From an uncultured Spirochaetota bacterium (GTDB lineage: Bacteria; Spirochaetota; Spirochaetia; SZUA-6; Fen-1364): a stretch of DNA of 64,000 bases. This document shows positions 9,794 through 19,062 of the stretch, in pieces (within the stretch, counting starts at the first letter, position 1; each line of letters starts with the position of its first letter). Under the pieces are notes generated by a model. That model was given only the letters and a program-made list of their open reading frames with translations, had not been told where the DNA came from and ran no database searches. The stretch spans positions 448,001 to 512,000 of the forward strand of contig CAWGAA010000001.1 of assembly GCA_963820525.1 (NCBI GenBank). Reading direction: 5' to 3'. The position numbers were made by a program, and so were the translations under genes.

Positions 9794-9904
9794 CCTGACG
9801 AAAATAAAGGTGTTGGTGTCCCAATATAGTTCCCCTCCCAGTTTACTATATGAAAGACACCACACCAGGCAGGCCGGCTCCTTCGGGAGTCGGCCTCTTT
9901 TTTT
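9794..9904 (+). ncRNA. Candidate small structured RNA (unassigned)
   Basis: AT-richer intergenic stretch with a long nested hairpin (9809-9820/9856-9866; 9824-9830/9845-9851), a C-rich loop, then an intrinsic terminator. Confidence 0.5.
9871..9904 (+). terminator. Rho-independent terminator
   Basis: AGGCCGGCTCC-TTCG-GGAGTCGGCCT stem-loop followed by C and T7. Confidence 0.85.
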
Positions 9905-9982
9905 CACCCTGACGTCCGGCGCGGGATAAGGCCGTCCTGTCGGGCTTTCGCCGCCGGGACCTGCCGAGCCTCCCCCGACGAG

Positions 9983-10011
9983 TTGACAAACCACCCCTCC
10001 CTTTCTATCCT
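9983..10011 (+). promoter_or_regulatory. Sigma70-type promoter of PBP1A (leaderless)
   Basis: TTGACA-17 nt-TATCCT, 6 nt before GTG 10018. Confidence 0.7.
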
Positions 10012-10017
10012 CGAAGA

Positions 10018-12492
10018 GTGGTTATTCTTCCCCGCAAGAAGCTCCTCTTTGAAATTCTTCTCATAGCCGCTTTTGTCGTGGCCGTTTCCATCGGAGTATC
10101 CCTCGGCCTCGCCCTGGCCGGCACGCGAAACGCCCGAGCGGACCTGCAGTGGGGAGAGATCAAGCCCGCCCTTCCCACGAAGATCCTCGACATCAATGAC
10201 CGCGAGATCACGCAGTTCTTCGGGGAGGAGAAAAGGGACATCATCTCGATCACCGACGTGCCCCAGAGCCTCATCAATGCCCTTCTCACGCGCGAGGACC
10301 AGCACTTCTACTCGCACCACGGCTTCCGCTTCCAGAGCATCCTGCGGGCCGCGTTCAACATCGTCACGGGCCAGTTCGTCTCCGGAGCAAGCACCATTAC
10401 CCAGCAGCTGGCCGGAAAGCTCTTCGCGGACCGCACCGAGTTCTCCCTGAAGCGCAAGCTCGTGGAGCTGTGGTGGGCCATTCAGCTGGAGCGGCAGTAC
10501 ACCAAGAGCGAGATCCTCGAGATGTACATGAACGAGATGCCCTTCGGCGCCGGGACTCAAGGGGTCGAGGCTGCCAGCAAGTTCTTCTTCGGCCACGGCG
10601 TGAAGGACATCACCCTCGCGGAATCCGCCATGCTGGTGATCCAGCTCGCGCGTCCCGGATTCTACTCCCCTATCAAGTATCCCGACCGCGCCATGAAGAT
10701 GCAGAAGAAGATCCTCGACGATATGGTGAGGCTGAAGTATTGCAGCAAGGAGGAGGCGGACGCATCGCTTCAGGACTTCTGGGCCCGGCACGACTACACG
10801 CGGTCAAGCTCCGCCTCCCCGTATTTCGAGCGCGAGGACAAGGCCCGCTATTTCAGCGAATACGTGCGCAGCCAGCTCGAGGACATGCTCTTCGGCTCGG
10901 TGAACATCCTCAAGGACGGCCTGGTGGTGCACACGACCCTCAACCTCGACTACCAGAAGGAAGCCGACCGCATCATGGGGGAAGGCATCGACAACATCAA
11001 CGAGAAGTACCTCAAATCTTCGGGCAACAGCGCTTCCTATGCCAATGCATCCTTTTTACCCCTGATCGACATGATCACCTCCACATTCAACATCGACGGC
11101 CTGCAGTACCGCCAGTCCAGCGCCAAGGCCAAGTGGAAGAGCTACTACGTGAAGAACGTCAATCCCGTCGTGGACCTCGTCTCCTCCCTGTTCTCGCTGG
11201 AAGGCGCCCAAAACGTGGCTTCGGCCGGCTACCTGTCCGCCCAGTTCACGGCGCGGCGGACGCAGGTGCAGGGCGCCCTCATCTCCCTCGACTCGCACAA
11301 GGGGTATATCCTCGCAATGGTCGGGGGACGGGAGTGGAAGTCAACGGACCAGTTCAACAGGGCGGCATCCGGGCAGGTGGAGCCGGGCTCGGCCTTCAAA
11401 CCCATGTATTACTCCGCCGCCATCGACTCGCGGAAGTTCACGGCGGCGACGATGATCCTGGACAAGCCTGTCGTCTTCACCAGCCCGGACGGCAGGCCCT
11501 ATGAGCCCCAGAACTACAAGGGCCAGTTCCACGGTCGGGTTCTCCTTCGAGACGCCCTGGCCGAATCGATGAACATCCCCTCCCTTGTCGTCCTCGATAC
11601 AGTGGGATTCGACGCGGCCATCCAGAGGGCAAGCAGGATGCTCGGCATCACGGATCCCGCCGAGATCGTACGCGTGTTTCCCCGCTACTATCCCCTGGGC
11701 CTCGGCGTCCTCCCCGTCTCGCCCCTTCAGATGGCCAGGGCGTACGCCGTGTTCGCCAATCAGGGCCGCGAGGTGGTTCCCATTACGATCCGCTATATCG
11801 AGGACAGAAATGGGAAAATCATCCTGGAGCCGGAGAAAGAGCTGCGGGCCCAGCAGGCGAGAAAGGGCGACGCCGCTCAGATCATGAGCCCCCAGACGGC
11901 GTACATCATGACCAGCATCCTGGAGAGCACCATTGCGGAAGGCTCCCTGCAGGGCATCACCGGCATCCTCACGGACCTGAACAAGAGGCCCATGGCCGCC
12001 AAGACGGGGACCACGCAGAACTGGTCCGACGCGTGGACCGTGGGATTTACTCCCCAGATCACGACGGCGGTCTGGTTCGGCTTCGATCAGGGCAACCGCT
12101 CCCTGGGCGTGAACCTGACCGGCGCCCTGGCCGCGGGCCCCATCTGGGCCAGGTACATGAAAGCAATCCACAAGGGCGTGCCTCCCGAGAAGTTCCCCCG
12201 GCCGGAGTCCGGCCTGGTGACGGTGAACGTGAGCGCCAGCTCAGGTCTCCTTCCCACCAAGTACTCCAAGAAGGTGATACCCGAGATATTCCTCGCGGGC
12301 ACGGAACCGAAAACCTTCGACGAGATCGACGAGTACGAATCCGTGCGAGGGCAGGATATCCAGGACAACCTCATGAAGAGCCAGCTGGGCGGCGGAATGC
12401 TCCCCTCGAACCCCGACGTGAACCTTCCGCCGCTCGACGACAAGGCTCCCGATTCCGGGACTCCCGATTCGGGCAACCCTCTCCTCGACTGA
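10018..12492 (+). CDS. Class A penicillin-binding protein (PBP1A family)
   Basis: Transglycosylase EDxxFxxHxG and GASTITQQL; transpeptidase SAFK, SMN, KTGT. Confidence 0.95.
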   Translation: MVILPRKKLLFEILLIAAFVVAVSIGVSLGLALAGTRNARADLQWGEIKPALPTKILDINDREITQFFGEEKRDIISITDVPQSLINALLTREDQHFYSHHGFRFQSILRAAFNIVTGQFVSGASTITQQLAGKLFADRTEFSLKRKLVELWWAIQLERQYTKSEILEMYMNEMPFGAGTQGVEAASKFFFGHGVKDITLAESAMLVIQLARPGFYSPIKYPDRAMKMQKKILDDMVRLKYCSKEEADASLQDFWARHDYTRSSSASPYFEREDKARYFSEYVRSQLEDMLFGSVNILKDGLVVHTTLNLDYQKEADRIMGEGIDNINEKYLKSSGNSASYANASFLPLIDMITSTFNIDGLQYRQSSAKAKWKSYYVKNVNPVVDLVSSLFSLEGAQNVASAGYLSAQFTARRTQVQGALISLDSHKGYILAMVGGREWKSTDQFNRAASGQVEPGSAFKPMYYSAAIDSRKFTAATMILDKPVVFTSPDGRPYEPQNYKGQFHGRVLLRDALAESMNIPSLVVLDTVGFDAAIQRASRMLGITDPAEIVRVFPRYYPLGLGVLPVSPLQMARAYAVFANQGREVVPITIRYIEDRNGKIILEPEKELRAQQARKGDAAQIMSPQTAYIMTSILESTIAEGSLQGITGILTDLNKRPMAAKTGTTQNWSDAWTVGFTPQITTAVWFGFDQGNRSLGVNLTGALAAGPIWARYMKAIHKGVPPEKFPRPESGLVTVNVSASSGLLPTKYSKKVIPEIFLAGTEPKTFDEIDEYESVRGQDIQDNLMKSQLGGGMLPSNPDVNLPPLDDKAPDSGTPDSGNPLLD

Positions 12493-12512
12493 AGCGGGGA
12501 AGGAGGCCGATC

Positions 12513-12887
12513 ATGTACCTCTACACGAAGGATCACGTCTGGGTCCGGGCCGCAGGCAATCGGGTCCGCGTCGGAATCTCCGATTTCGCTCAGAGGGAGC
12601 TCGGGGACATCGCGTACGTGGAGCTCCCCGAGGTTGGGAGGAAGCTGGCCAGAGGAGACGTGGCCTGCACCGTCGATTCCCTGAAGTCTTCAAGCGAGAT
12701 CTACTGTCCCGTTTCAGGCACTGTTGTCGAGGCGAACTCCGCCCTCGCGCAACAGGATGGATGCCAGGCGATCAACAGGGATCCACTGGGTGAGGGATGG
12801 ATCTTCGGCCTCGAGATGAGCGACCCGTCGGAGCTCGACCTCCTGTTGTCAGAGAAGGACTACGCGGACTACCTTCAGGAGAACTGA
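12513..12887 (+). CDS. gcvH: Glycine cleavage system H protein (lipoyl carrier)
   Basis: YTKDHVWV, GISDFAQRELGDIAYVELP, DSLKSSSEIYCPVSG (lipoyl-Lys); AGGAGG RBS. Confidence 0.9.
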   Translation: MYLYTKDHVWVRAAGNRVRVGISDFAQRELGDIAYVELPEVGRKLARGDVACTVDSLKSSSEIYCPVSGTVVEANSALAQQDGCQAINRDPLGEGWIFGLEMSDPSELDLLLSEKDYADYLQEN

Positions 12888-12896
12888 AAGAAGCCT

Positions 12897-13841
12897 TTAC
12901 CTCTGCCTGGCTTTCCCCTTCGCGCTTCCAAGAAGCCGCCCCGCGAACCGGCCGATCCAATTCCCCAGCCGCTTGAGCAGGGGGAACCGCGGCTGCCGCG
13001 AAAGGTCCACGGCCGCCTCCTCCAGCGTGAAGATGTGGCCGTAGCGCTTCCCGAGCTCACCCCAGTGCTTGCCGATGAAGACGTAGAGGTCGCTCTCCGT
13101 GGCCTCGGGGAAGCGCGAGAGAAGCTTCTCCTCGAGGATGACTCGAACGATGGGCATGTAGACCGTGTCGTACCAGGAGAGAAGCGCTTCCTCGAAGGGA
13201 ATCTCTTCCGTCTTCTTGAGGTTGATATACCACTTGTGCTCGCGCACGTGCTCCATGATCTCGTCGTAGCGGCCGACTTCCGTGAACTCCAGGCGGCAGT
13301 CCGGCCGCAGCTCGCACAGCCTGGTCTCCTCGAAGAACCTCTTTTTCTCGAACTCGATGACGGCTTTTTTCAACTCCTCCCGCCCCATAGCGGGGTGGAT
13401 GTCGATCTGCGATGAAAGGGAAATGACCTCCGCGTCGATGAACTCGGCCCCCCGCGCCTTTGCCACAGAGACGCGGTGGTTTCCGTCCCTCACGAAGTAC
13501 ACTCCCCCGATCTCGAAGAGCTTGATGGGCGGCAGGGTGACGTTCTGGTAATGGGCCATGTCCACGCGGGTCCACCGCGACATGAGCTTGTCGTGCCGGG
13601 GGAGGAAAGCCTTGTTGAAGTCCTTGTAGCGGCCTTCGCTGCCGACGATCTTGGAGATGGCAACGGCGCGCATGCCCCGGTAGTGCTCTGACTCCGGCCG
13701 CAAAAGCGAGCGCACGTCTCCCAGGGAGAGCATCTCGTCCTTCTGCGCCTTGAGCAGGCTCAGGATCCTCGTGATGATCTCCCTCTTCCTGACCCTTCCG
13801 AAATCGTCCTTGGCCATGAGGAAAAAGCTCTTGTCGCTCAT
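12897..13841 (-). CDS. ParB/Srx-like N-terminal domain + DUF4032-like protein
   Basis: IVGSEGRYKDF, LPPIKL, YFVRDGNHRVSVA; C-terminal EHKWYIN...SWYDTVYMP..TESDLY. Confidence 0.7.
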   Translation of the reverse strand: MSDKSFFLMAKDDFGRVRKREIITRILSLLKAQKDEMLSLGDVRSLLRPESEHYRGMRAVAISKIVGSEGRYKDFNKAFLPRHDKLMSRWTRVDMAHYQNVTLPPIKLFEIGGVYFVRDGNHRVSVAKARGAEFIDAEVISLSSQIDIHPAMGREELKKAVIEFEKKRFFEETRLCELRPDCRLEFTEVGRYDEIMEHVREHKWYINLKKTEEIPFEEALLSWYDTVYMPIVRVILEEKLLSRFPEATESDLYVFIGKHWGELGKRYGHIFTLEEAAVDLSRQPRFPLLKRLGNWIGRFAGRLLGSAKGKARQR

Positions 13842-14500
13842 CGGGAGTTCTCCAGCTCGACCACGATGTGATCGTAGGCGTTGATGACGCGCGTCAGATG
13901 GTAGTGCGCCTCCCGCGCGGCGTTCCTGTCATAGAGGTGAACGTGGCCGTGGATGAGAACCTTGGGCTTGAAAACGCGCATGAACCACAGGAAGATCTTG
14001 AACCCGGTGTGGCACGGATCGGGAAGGTCGTTGATGCCGTAGGGCGGAGAATGCGTCACGAGGATGTCGAGGAAGCGGCCGCGCAAGATACGGTTCACGA
14101 GGAGCCGGGGGAAGAGGCGGACCATGGAGAGGAACATGGTGAAGTCCGTGTACTGGTTCTCTCCGCCGTTGTACCAGATGCTCCCGCCGAGGCCGGCGAT
14201 GATCATGCCCTTCTCCCGCATCACCTTTCCCTCGAGGTAGGTTGCGCCGACCTCGGAAAGGTAGCGGGGAGACCGGCCGGCGTAGGGGTCCCGAACCCGG
14301 GCAAAGCTTCCGCGATCCGCGAGGTGGTGGTTTCCGAAAACGAAGAACAGCGGCTTGTTCAGCGTGCTGACGATGAAATCGTAGTATTCGAGGGCGAGAT
14401 CCCCCGCGCTGATCACGAGATCCACGTCCGAGAACCGGGTTTTCAACCCATTGCTGTATATCAGTGGATCCACGTGATCCGCGATACAGAGAACCTTCAT
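13838..14500 (-). CDS. Calcineurin-like metallophosphoesterase
   Basis: IADH, SAGDL, FGNHH, THSPP, HGHVH; ATG at 14500; stop overlaps the next gene. Confidence 0.88.
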   Translation of the reverse strand: MKVLCIADHVDPLIYSNGLKTRFSDVDLVISAGDLALEYYDFIVSTLNKPLFFVFGNHHLADRGSFARVRDPYAGRSPRYLSEVGATYLEGKVMREKGMIIAGLGGSIWYNGGENQYTDFTMFLSMVRLFPRLLVNRILRGRFLDILVTHSPPYGINDLPDPCHTGFKIFLWFMRVFKPKVLIHGHVHLYDRNAAREAHYHLTRVINAYDHIVVELENSR

Positions 14501-14550
14501 GGCCGTTGCATCACAAATATAGCCAAACGGCCCACCCGGCGCAATCTCCT

Positions 14551-14580
14551 TTGACAGGGTGAGCCTTCCCCCTGTATACT
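14551..14580 (+). promoter_or_regulatory. Sigma70-type promoter of acpP
   Basis: TTGACA-18 nt-TATACT with an upstream TG; AAGGAG RBS before the ATG. Confidence 0.7.
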
Positions 14581-14611
14581 CACCGCCGCATCTTCCATCA
14601 AGGAGAGTTAC

Positions 14612-14890
14612 ATGGAAAAAGCCGAGATCCAGACCAGGTTGATTGAAATCCTCGCCAAGCACACGTCACTCGAGCCGTCCGCCCTTGCCCCCGACAAGAA
14701 CCTGAAGCTGGACCTGGGGCTGGATTCCCTCGATGTGGCCGAGATCGTCTACGAGATCGAAGAGGTCTTCGACATCTCGATCTCCGACGATTCCGCGGAC
14801 AAGGTCCAGAAGATCTGCGATATGGTCGATTTCATAGCGGAGAAGATGAGGTCCGCAGCCGAAGGCAGCCTCTCTCCCCAGGAGAGGTAG
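14612..14890 (+). CDS. acpP: Acyl carrier protein
   Basis: DLGLDSLD phosphopantetheine site, EEVFDISI; acidic, 92 aa. Confidence 0.9.
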   Translation: MEKAEIQTRLIEILAKHTSLEPSALAPDKNLKLDLGLDSLDVAEIVYEIEEVFDISISDDSADKVQKICDMVDFIAEKMRSAAEGSLSPQER

Positions 14891-14918
14891 CCCGCCTTGC
14901 TGAAGGGGATCCCCCGCC

Positions 14919-16274
14919 CTACCCTTCAGTTTTTTTGAGAAGCTCCTGGAGGCGGTCCCTGTTGTAGAGCTCGATCGGCCTGTTCTCCGCGAACTCCAGG
15001 GCTTTTCGCGTGTAGACGGAGCTGGAGACGATCACTCCACGGATCACGTTGTTTTTCCTCATTTCCTCCAGCGTGTCCCGAACGACGGTCTCATCGAGAG
15101 GATCCGTGGTCCTGTAGAATCGCATGAGCCGCGGCATCTTGCGGGTGCCCAGCCGCTTGGAATCGGATTCGAATCCCGATACCTGCACACCTCCCCCCGC
15201 AAGTTCAGAAACGGACATGACCTGCATCCCGAGGCCCTCAGCCACGGTCTGGCAGATCTTGAGGAACTCCTCCTTCGGGGTGGTCAGGTAATCCTTCACC
15301 GAATCGTCCGCCCGAAGCTCCTGGTACTGGCTGAGCTTCTCCGCAACGTCCCGGAAGGTGGGCTTTCTCGCGTATATCTTCTCCCATTCCGAGATCGCCT
15401 TCTCCACCTCCCGCACCTTTTCGTAGCACACGGCGAGGAAGTATCTGCCGTAGAGGGTCACAGGGTCCGTCTCATTGGAGGCGAGGTTGACCGACCGCTC
15501 CAGCTCCGAGATGGCCCTGTCGAAGTTGTTCATGCTCATGAAGCAGCCCCCGCGCTCGACCAGCACCTTCTGCCTGAGCTCGGGGTCTCTCTGGGCTTTC
15601 TCGAACGCATTGAGAGCGGCGGCGTAGTCGTGACTGTCCTTCAAGAGCTTTCCCAGGTAGTAGGAGGCGCCGGCGTTGGAAGGATCTATCTTCACCGCCG
15701 TCTCCAGATCCCTGCGCGCCTCCAGAAGCTTTTTCTGCCTGTACTCAAGCAGGCCGAGCTGGAAGTGGGCCTGGGCGTGATTGGGATCGAGCTGGATGGC
15801 CTTGGCATAGTAGCCCAGAGACTTGTCCGCGTTGCCGCGCTCCTCGAAGAGCATTCCCGTCTTGAAGTAGAAGTCGGCCTCCGCCGGCTGGCTCGTGATG
15901 AGGAGGAGGTACTCCTTGAGCGCCTCGTCCTTCTGATTGAACTTCCAGTACAGCTCGGCGATCTGCCTCCTGAAGGGGATCTCCCTGCAGATTCCCGTGA
16001 AGTCCCCGATCTGATTCACGGCCTTCAGCTCCATCAGCGCCAGCTCGGGCTTCTTCTCCTGGAGAAAGGCCATCCCCAGAAGGTAGTGGGCATCGGCATT
16101 GCGAGGGTCCTTGGCCAACAGCCGCCTGGCCAGACGGATCACCTGCTTTGTCTTTCCGGACTTGAGCATACCTTCGATCGTGGAAATCCGCTGAGGAGAG
16201 AAGAATATGAAATAGGCGAAAATGATCAGAAAGACGAGGACAATTCCGAGAATGACAATGAGAGAAATGAGCAT
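14919..16274 (-). CDS. Membrane-anchored TPR protein with a C-terminal Mrr-like nuclease-fold domain
   Basis: N-terminal TM, about 7 TPRs, C-terminal RGVIVSSSVYTRKALEFAENRPIELYN resembling Mrr_cat; minus-strand TTGACA-17-TACTCT upstream. Confidence 0.75.
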   Translation of the reverse strand: MLISLIVILGIVLVFLIIFAYFIFFSPQRISTIEGMLKSGKTKQVIRLARRLLAKDPRNADAHYLLGMAFLQEKKPELALMELKAVNQIGDFTGICREIPFRRQIAELYWKFNQKDEALKEYLLLITSQPAEADFYFKTGMLFEERGNADKSLGYYAKAIQLDPNHAQAHFQLGLLEYRQKKLLEARRDLETAVKIDPSNAGASYYLGKLLKDSHDYAAALNAFEKAQRDPELRQKVLVERGGCFMSMNNFDRAISELERSVNLASNETDPVTLYGRYFLAVCYEKVREVEKAISEWEKIYARKPTFRDVAEKLSQYQELRADDSVKDYLTTPKEEFLKICQTVAEGLGMQVMSVSELAGGGVQVSGFESDSKRLGTRKMPRLMRFYRTTDPLDETVVRDTLEEMRKNNVIRGVIVSSSVYTRKALEFAENRPIELYNRDRLQELLKKTEG

Positions 16275-16376
16275 ATTTTCAAGTGTAGAGAGTACTTGCT
16301 TTTCCTCCCCCTGTCAAACTCTCCCGAGGGCGGCTGGTCAGTGAGGCAAAGGCGGGGTATACTAGGGGAGAGCGCG

Positions 16377-17057
16377 ATGAAGAAAAGCCCCCTCGTCCTA
16401 TTTCTCCTTCTTGCCGCTGGGGCGGCCTTCCCCATATCGGTGACTCTCGAGCAGGCAGAAAGCCTCTATCAGCAGAACAAGCCCGCCGAGGCGAAGCCGC
16501 TGCTCGAAGCGGCTCTCAGCGAAGACCCCACAGACGAAAAGATCTACCTCTGGCTGGGAGTCACCTACAGGCAGCTGGAAGACCTCGACAAGGCCATCGC
16601 CGTTCTGAAGAGGGGCCTCGCCATTGCCGCCGACTACAAGGCCGAGTTCTACTGGAACATCGGGCTCGTCTACTTCAGCCAGAAACAGTTCACCTTTGCC
16701 GACAACATGTTCACTTCCGCCATTGCGACGGATAGAAAGTACACGGACGCTTACAAGGACCGTGCCCAGGCTCGCATGAAACTGGAGAACTACGACGGCG
16801 CCCTTGCAGACTACACCCTTTTCCTCCAGCTCGCGCCGCAGGATCCCCAGAGGCCTCAGATCGAGGCCCTCATTGCCCTTCTCACCAAAACGCTCGAGGC
16901 TCGAGCGAACAAGCAGAAGGAAGAAGAGGCCAGGCAGAAGGCCCTGATGAACGATGTCCTGAACTCCCTCAACAACGCCTCCGAGGATACGAAGAACCTC
17001 TCGGTTGAGTCGCTGCAGATCAAGCACGATGCGGAAGACGTCGATATAAAGGACTGA
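16377..17057 (+). CDS. Exported TPR protein
   Basis: Signal peptide MKKSPLVLFLLLAAGAAFP and TPR repeats. Confidence 0.8.
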   Translation: MKKSPLVLFLLLAAGAAFPISVTLEQAESLYQQNKPAEAKPLLEAALSEDPTDEKIYLWLGVTYRQLEDLDKAIAVLKRGLAIAADYKAEFYWNIGLVYFSQKQFTFADNMFTSAIATDRKYTDAYKDRAQARMKLENYDGALADYTLFLQLAPQDPQRPQIEALIALLTKTLEARANKQKEEEARQKALMNDVLNSLNNASEDTKNLSVESLQIKHDAEDVDIKD

Positions 17058-17063
17058 AGCCCG

Positions 17064-18965
17064 ATGAAAAAGAATGCACCGAAGGTTTCCCTGACAGGGG
17101 AAAGACTGCACCCCTCCACCTCACCGTCTCCCGACAGCTCCCCCCGCGGGCCGCGCGCAATCGTTTTTGTCGCGATCGCGGCCGCCCTCATCCTCGCCAT
17201 CGGGGGCGGGGTGATCCTGTATTCCCGGATCGCCTCCTCCAACAGCCAGAGGATCCGGGAGAACACCCTGAAGGTCGTCACAACCTATGCCGACAAGGGC
17301 GAATACGATGCGGCCTTGAAGCTCCTCAACGACCTGCTGATCGCCAACCCGGACGATCCCCAGGCCAAGGCCGCCCTCGACGACATCCTGGGCAGGAAAA
17401 AAGCCACCGAGGAGGCGGCATCACAGAAGCTCGCATCCGAGCAGAAGCAGCTCCAGCAGGGGCTCGCCGAGCTCGGCGACACCCTCAAGAAGAGCAGCGC
17501 CCCCCAGATCGTCATCCAGGAGCCCAAGAAGCCTTCCGCGGAAGAGACCTCCGCCAAGGAAGCGGAGAAACAGAAGAAGCTCCAGGATCTGCTCAAGAAG
17601 GGGGCCGCCCTGTTCAATGCGCAAAAGTACCCGGATTCCCGCAAGGCGTTCTCCGATGCGCTGGCCATAGACCCCAACTCCGCCGCGGCCCTGGCATACT
17701 CAGGTCTCTCCTACCTGCGGGAGAACCCCTCGAGCCCTGAGAACATCCAGAAAGCGGTCGATCTTTCCAACCAGGCCATCGACAAGGATCCCAACTTCTG
17801 GGTTCCCCACGATACCCTGGGGGAGGTCTATGAATCCCGAAACCTGTATGACGACGCCTTGAAGGAGTACAAGAACGCCTCGCGCCTCAACCCGAGCAAT
17901 CCCGACGTGCTCTATTCCCTGGGCAAGATCCAGTACCTGAGCAAGCAGTACGCGGACGCCCTGCGCTCCTTCGACAGCTGCCTCCAGCTGAAGCCCGACC
18001 ATATGCTGGCCCACTACCGCCGCGGGTTGACGCTGATCAAGCTGGGAGACCAGGACAAGGCCCTGGAGGCGCTCCGCTCCGCCGTCGGGCTCAAGCAGGA
18101 TTTCCCCGAGGCCTGGTACTACGTGGCCACGATCCAGAGGGACAAGGGCAGCCTCGCGGCGGCGGTCGACTCCCTGAAGAAGGCCGTCGGTTTCGCGCCC
18201 GACAATCCCGTCTTCATGCGGGAGCTGGCCAACGTGTACACCCTGCGGGGAGACTTCGCCGGCGCCGAGGCCGCCTATGGGCGGGCGCTCGCGCTGGATC
18301 CCCAGCACGCCACCACGAACTTCAACATGGCAAACGTGGAGATCAAGCTGGACAAGCCCCAGGCGGCCCTCCCGTACGCCCAGAAGGCCGTTGAAAAGAA
18401 TCCGGATTCGGCCCAGTCCAACTACATCCTCGGGCTGGCCAACGAGCAGCTGGGAAAAACAGACGAAGCCATAAAGAACTATTCCACCGCGATTCAAAAA
18501 GACGGAAAGTTCACCCCGGCCCTCATCAACCTCGGCGCGATCTATGACAGCGAGGGATTCGCCGACAAGGCGCTGCCCCTCCTGCAGACCGCCGTGGCGG
18601 TGGACCCTTCATCCTACGAGGCGAACAACGACCTGGGCAACGCCTTCCTTCACAAGAGCATGTTCCCGGACAGCATTGCCGCCTTCAAGAAAGCGATATC
18701 CTTGAAGCCGGACAGCAAATCAACCCGGTTCAACCTCGCCCTCGCTTACCTCGAGGTGAACCAGACCGCGGACGCAAAGCAGTCGCTCACGGAGCTCATC
18801 AAGATAGACCCCGCCTATTGGGATGCCTACATGAAGCTGGCGCAGGTGTTCATCAAGGAAGGAAACCAGGCCGACGCGAAGACGCTTCTCACGACGCTGC
18901 TCACGAAAAACCCCGCCTACGAAAAAAAGGACGAAGCGCGGAGCCTCCTCGACAAGCTGAAGTGA
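17064..18965 (+). CDS. Large membrane-anchored TPR protein
   Basis: Single TM followed by more than 10 TPR repeats. Confidence 0.85.
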   Translation: MKKNAPKVSLTGERLHPSTSPSPDSSPRGPRAIVFVAIAAALILAIGGGVILYSRIASSNSQRIRENTLKVVTTYADKGEYDAALKLLNDLLIANPDDPQAKAALDDILGRKKATEEAASQKLASEQKQLQQGLAELGDTLKKSSAPQIVIQEPKKPSAEETSAKEAEKQKKLQDLLKKGAALFNAQKYPDSRKAFSDALAIDPNSAAALAYSGLSYLRENPSSPENIQKAVDLSNQAIDKDPNFWVPHDTLGEVYESRNLYDDALKEYKNASRLNPSNPDVLYSLGKIQYLSKQYADALRSFDSCLQLKPDHMLAHYRRGLTLIKLGDQDKALEALRSAVGLKQDFPEAWYYVATIQRDKGSLAAAVDSLKKAVGFAPDNPVFMRELANVYTLRGDFAGAEAAYGRALALDPQHATTNFNMANVEIKLDKPQAALPYAQKAVEKNPDSAQSNYILGLANEQLGKTDEAIKNYSTAIQKDGKFTPALINLGAIYDSEGFADKALPLLQTAVAVDPSSYEANNDLGNAFLHKSMFPDSIAAFKKAISLKPDSKSTRFNLALAYLEVNQTADAKQSLTELIKIDPAYWDAYMKLAQVFIKEGNQADAKTLLTTLLTKNPAYEKKDEARSLLDKLK

Positions 18966-19062
18966 GCCCAAGGCTCTAAAGCGATCCCCCTCCCGAGCAC
19001 GGCTCCCGACGCGCACGCGGCTTCCGCAAGCCCCGCCGCCGTGCTATAGTGGGGCGCTTTTT

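Noticed and set aside
9785..9840. Minus-strand SD (GGGAGGGG) + TTG giving a 12-aa peptide MGHQHLYFRQEE within the candidate sRNA
   Set aside because: Very short, no minus-strand promoter seen, and the terminator polarity favours a plus-strand RNA; cannot be supported.
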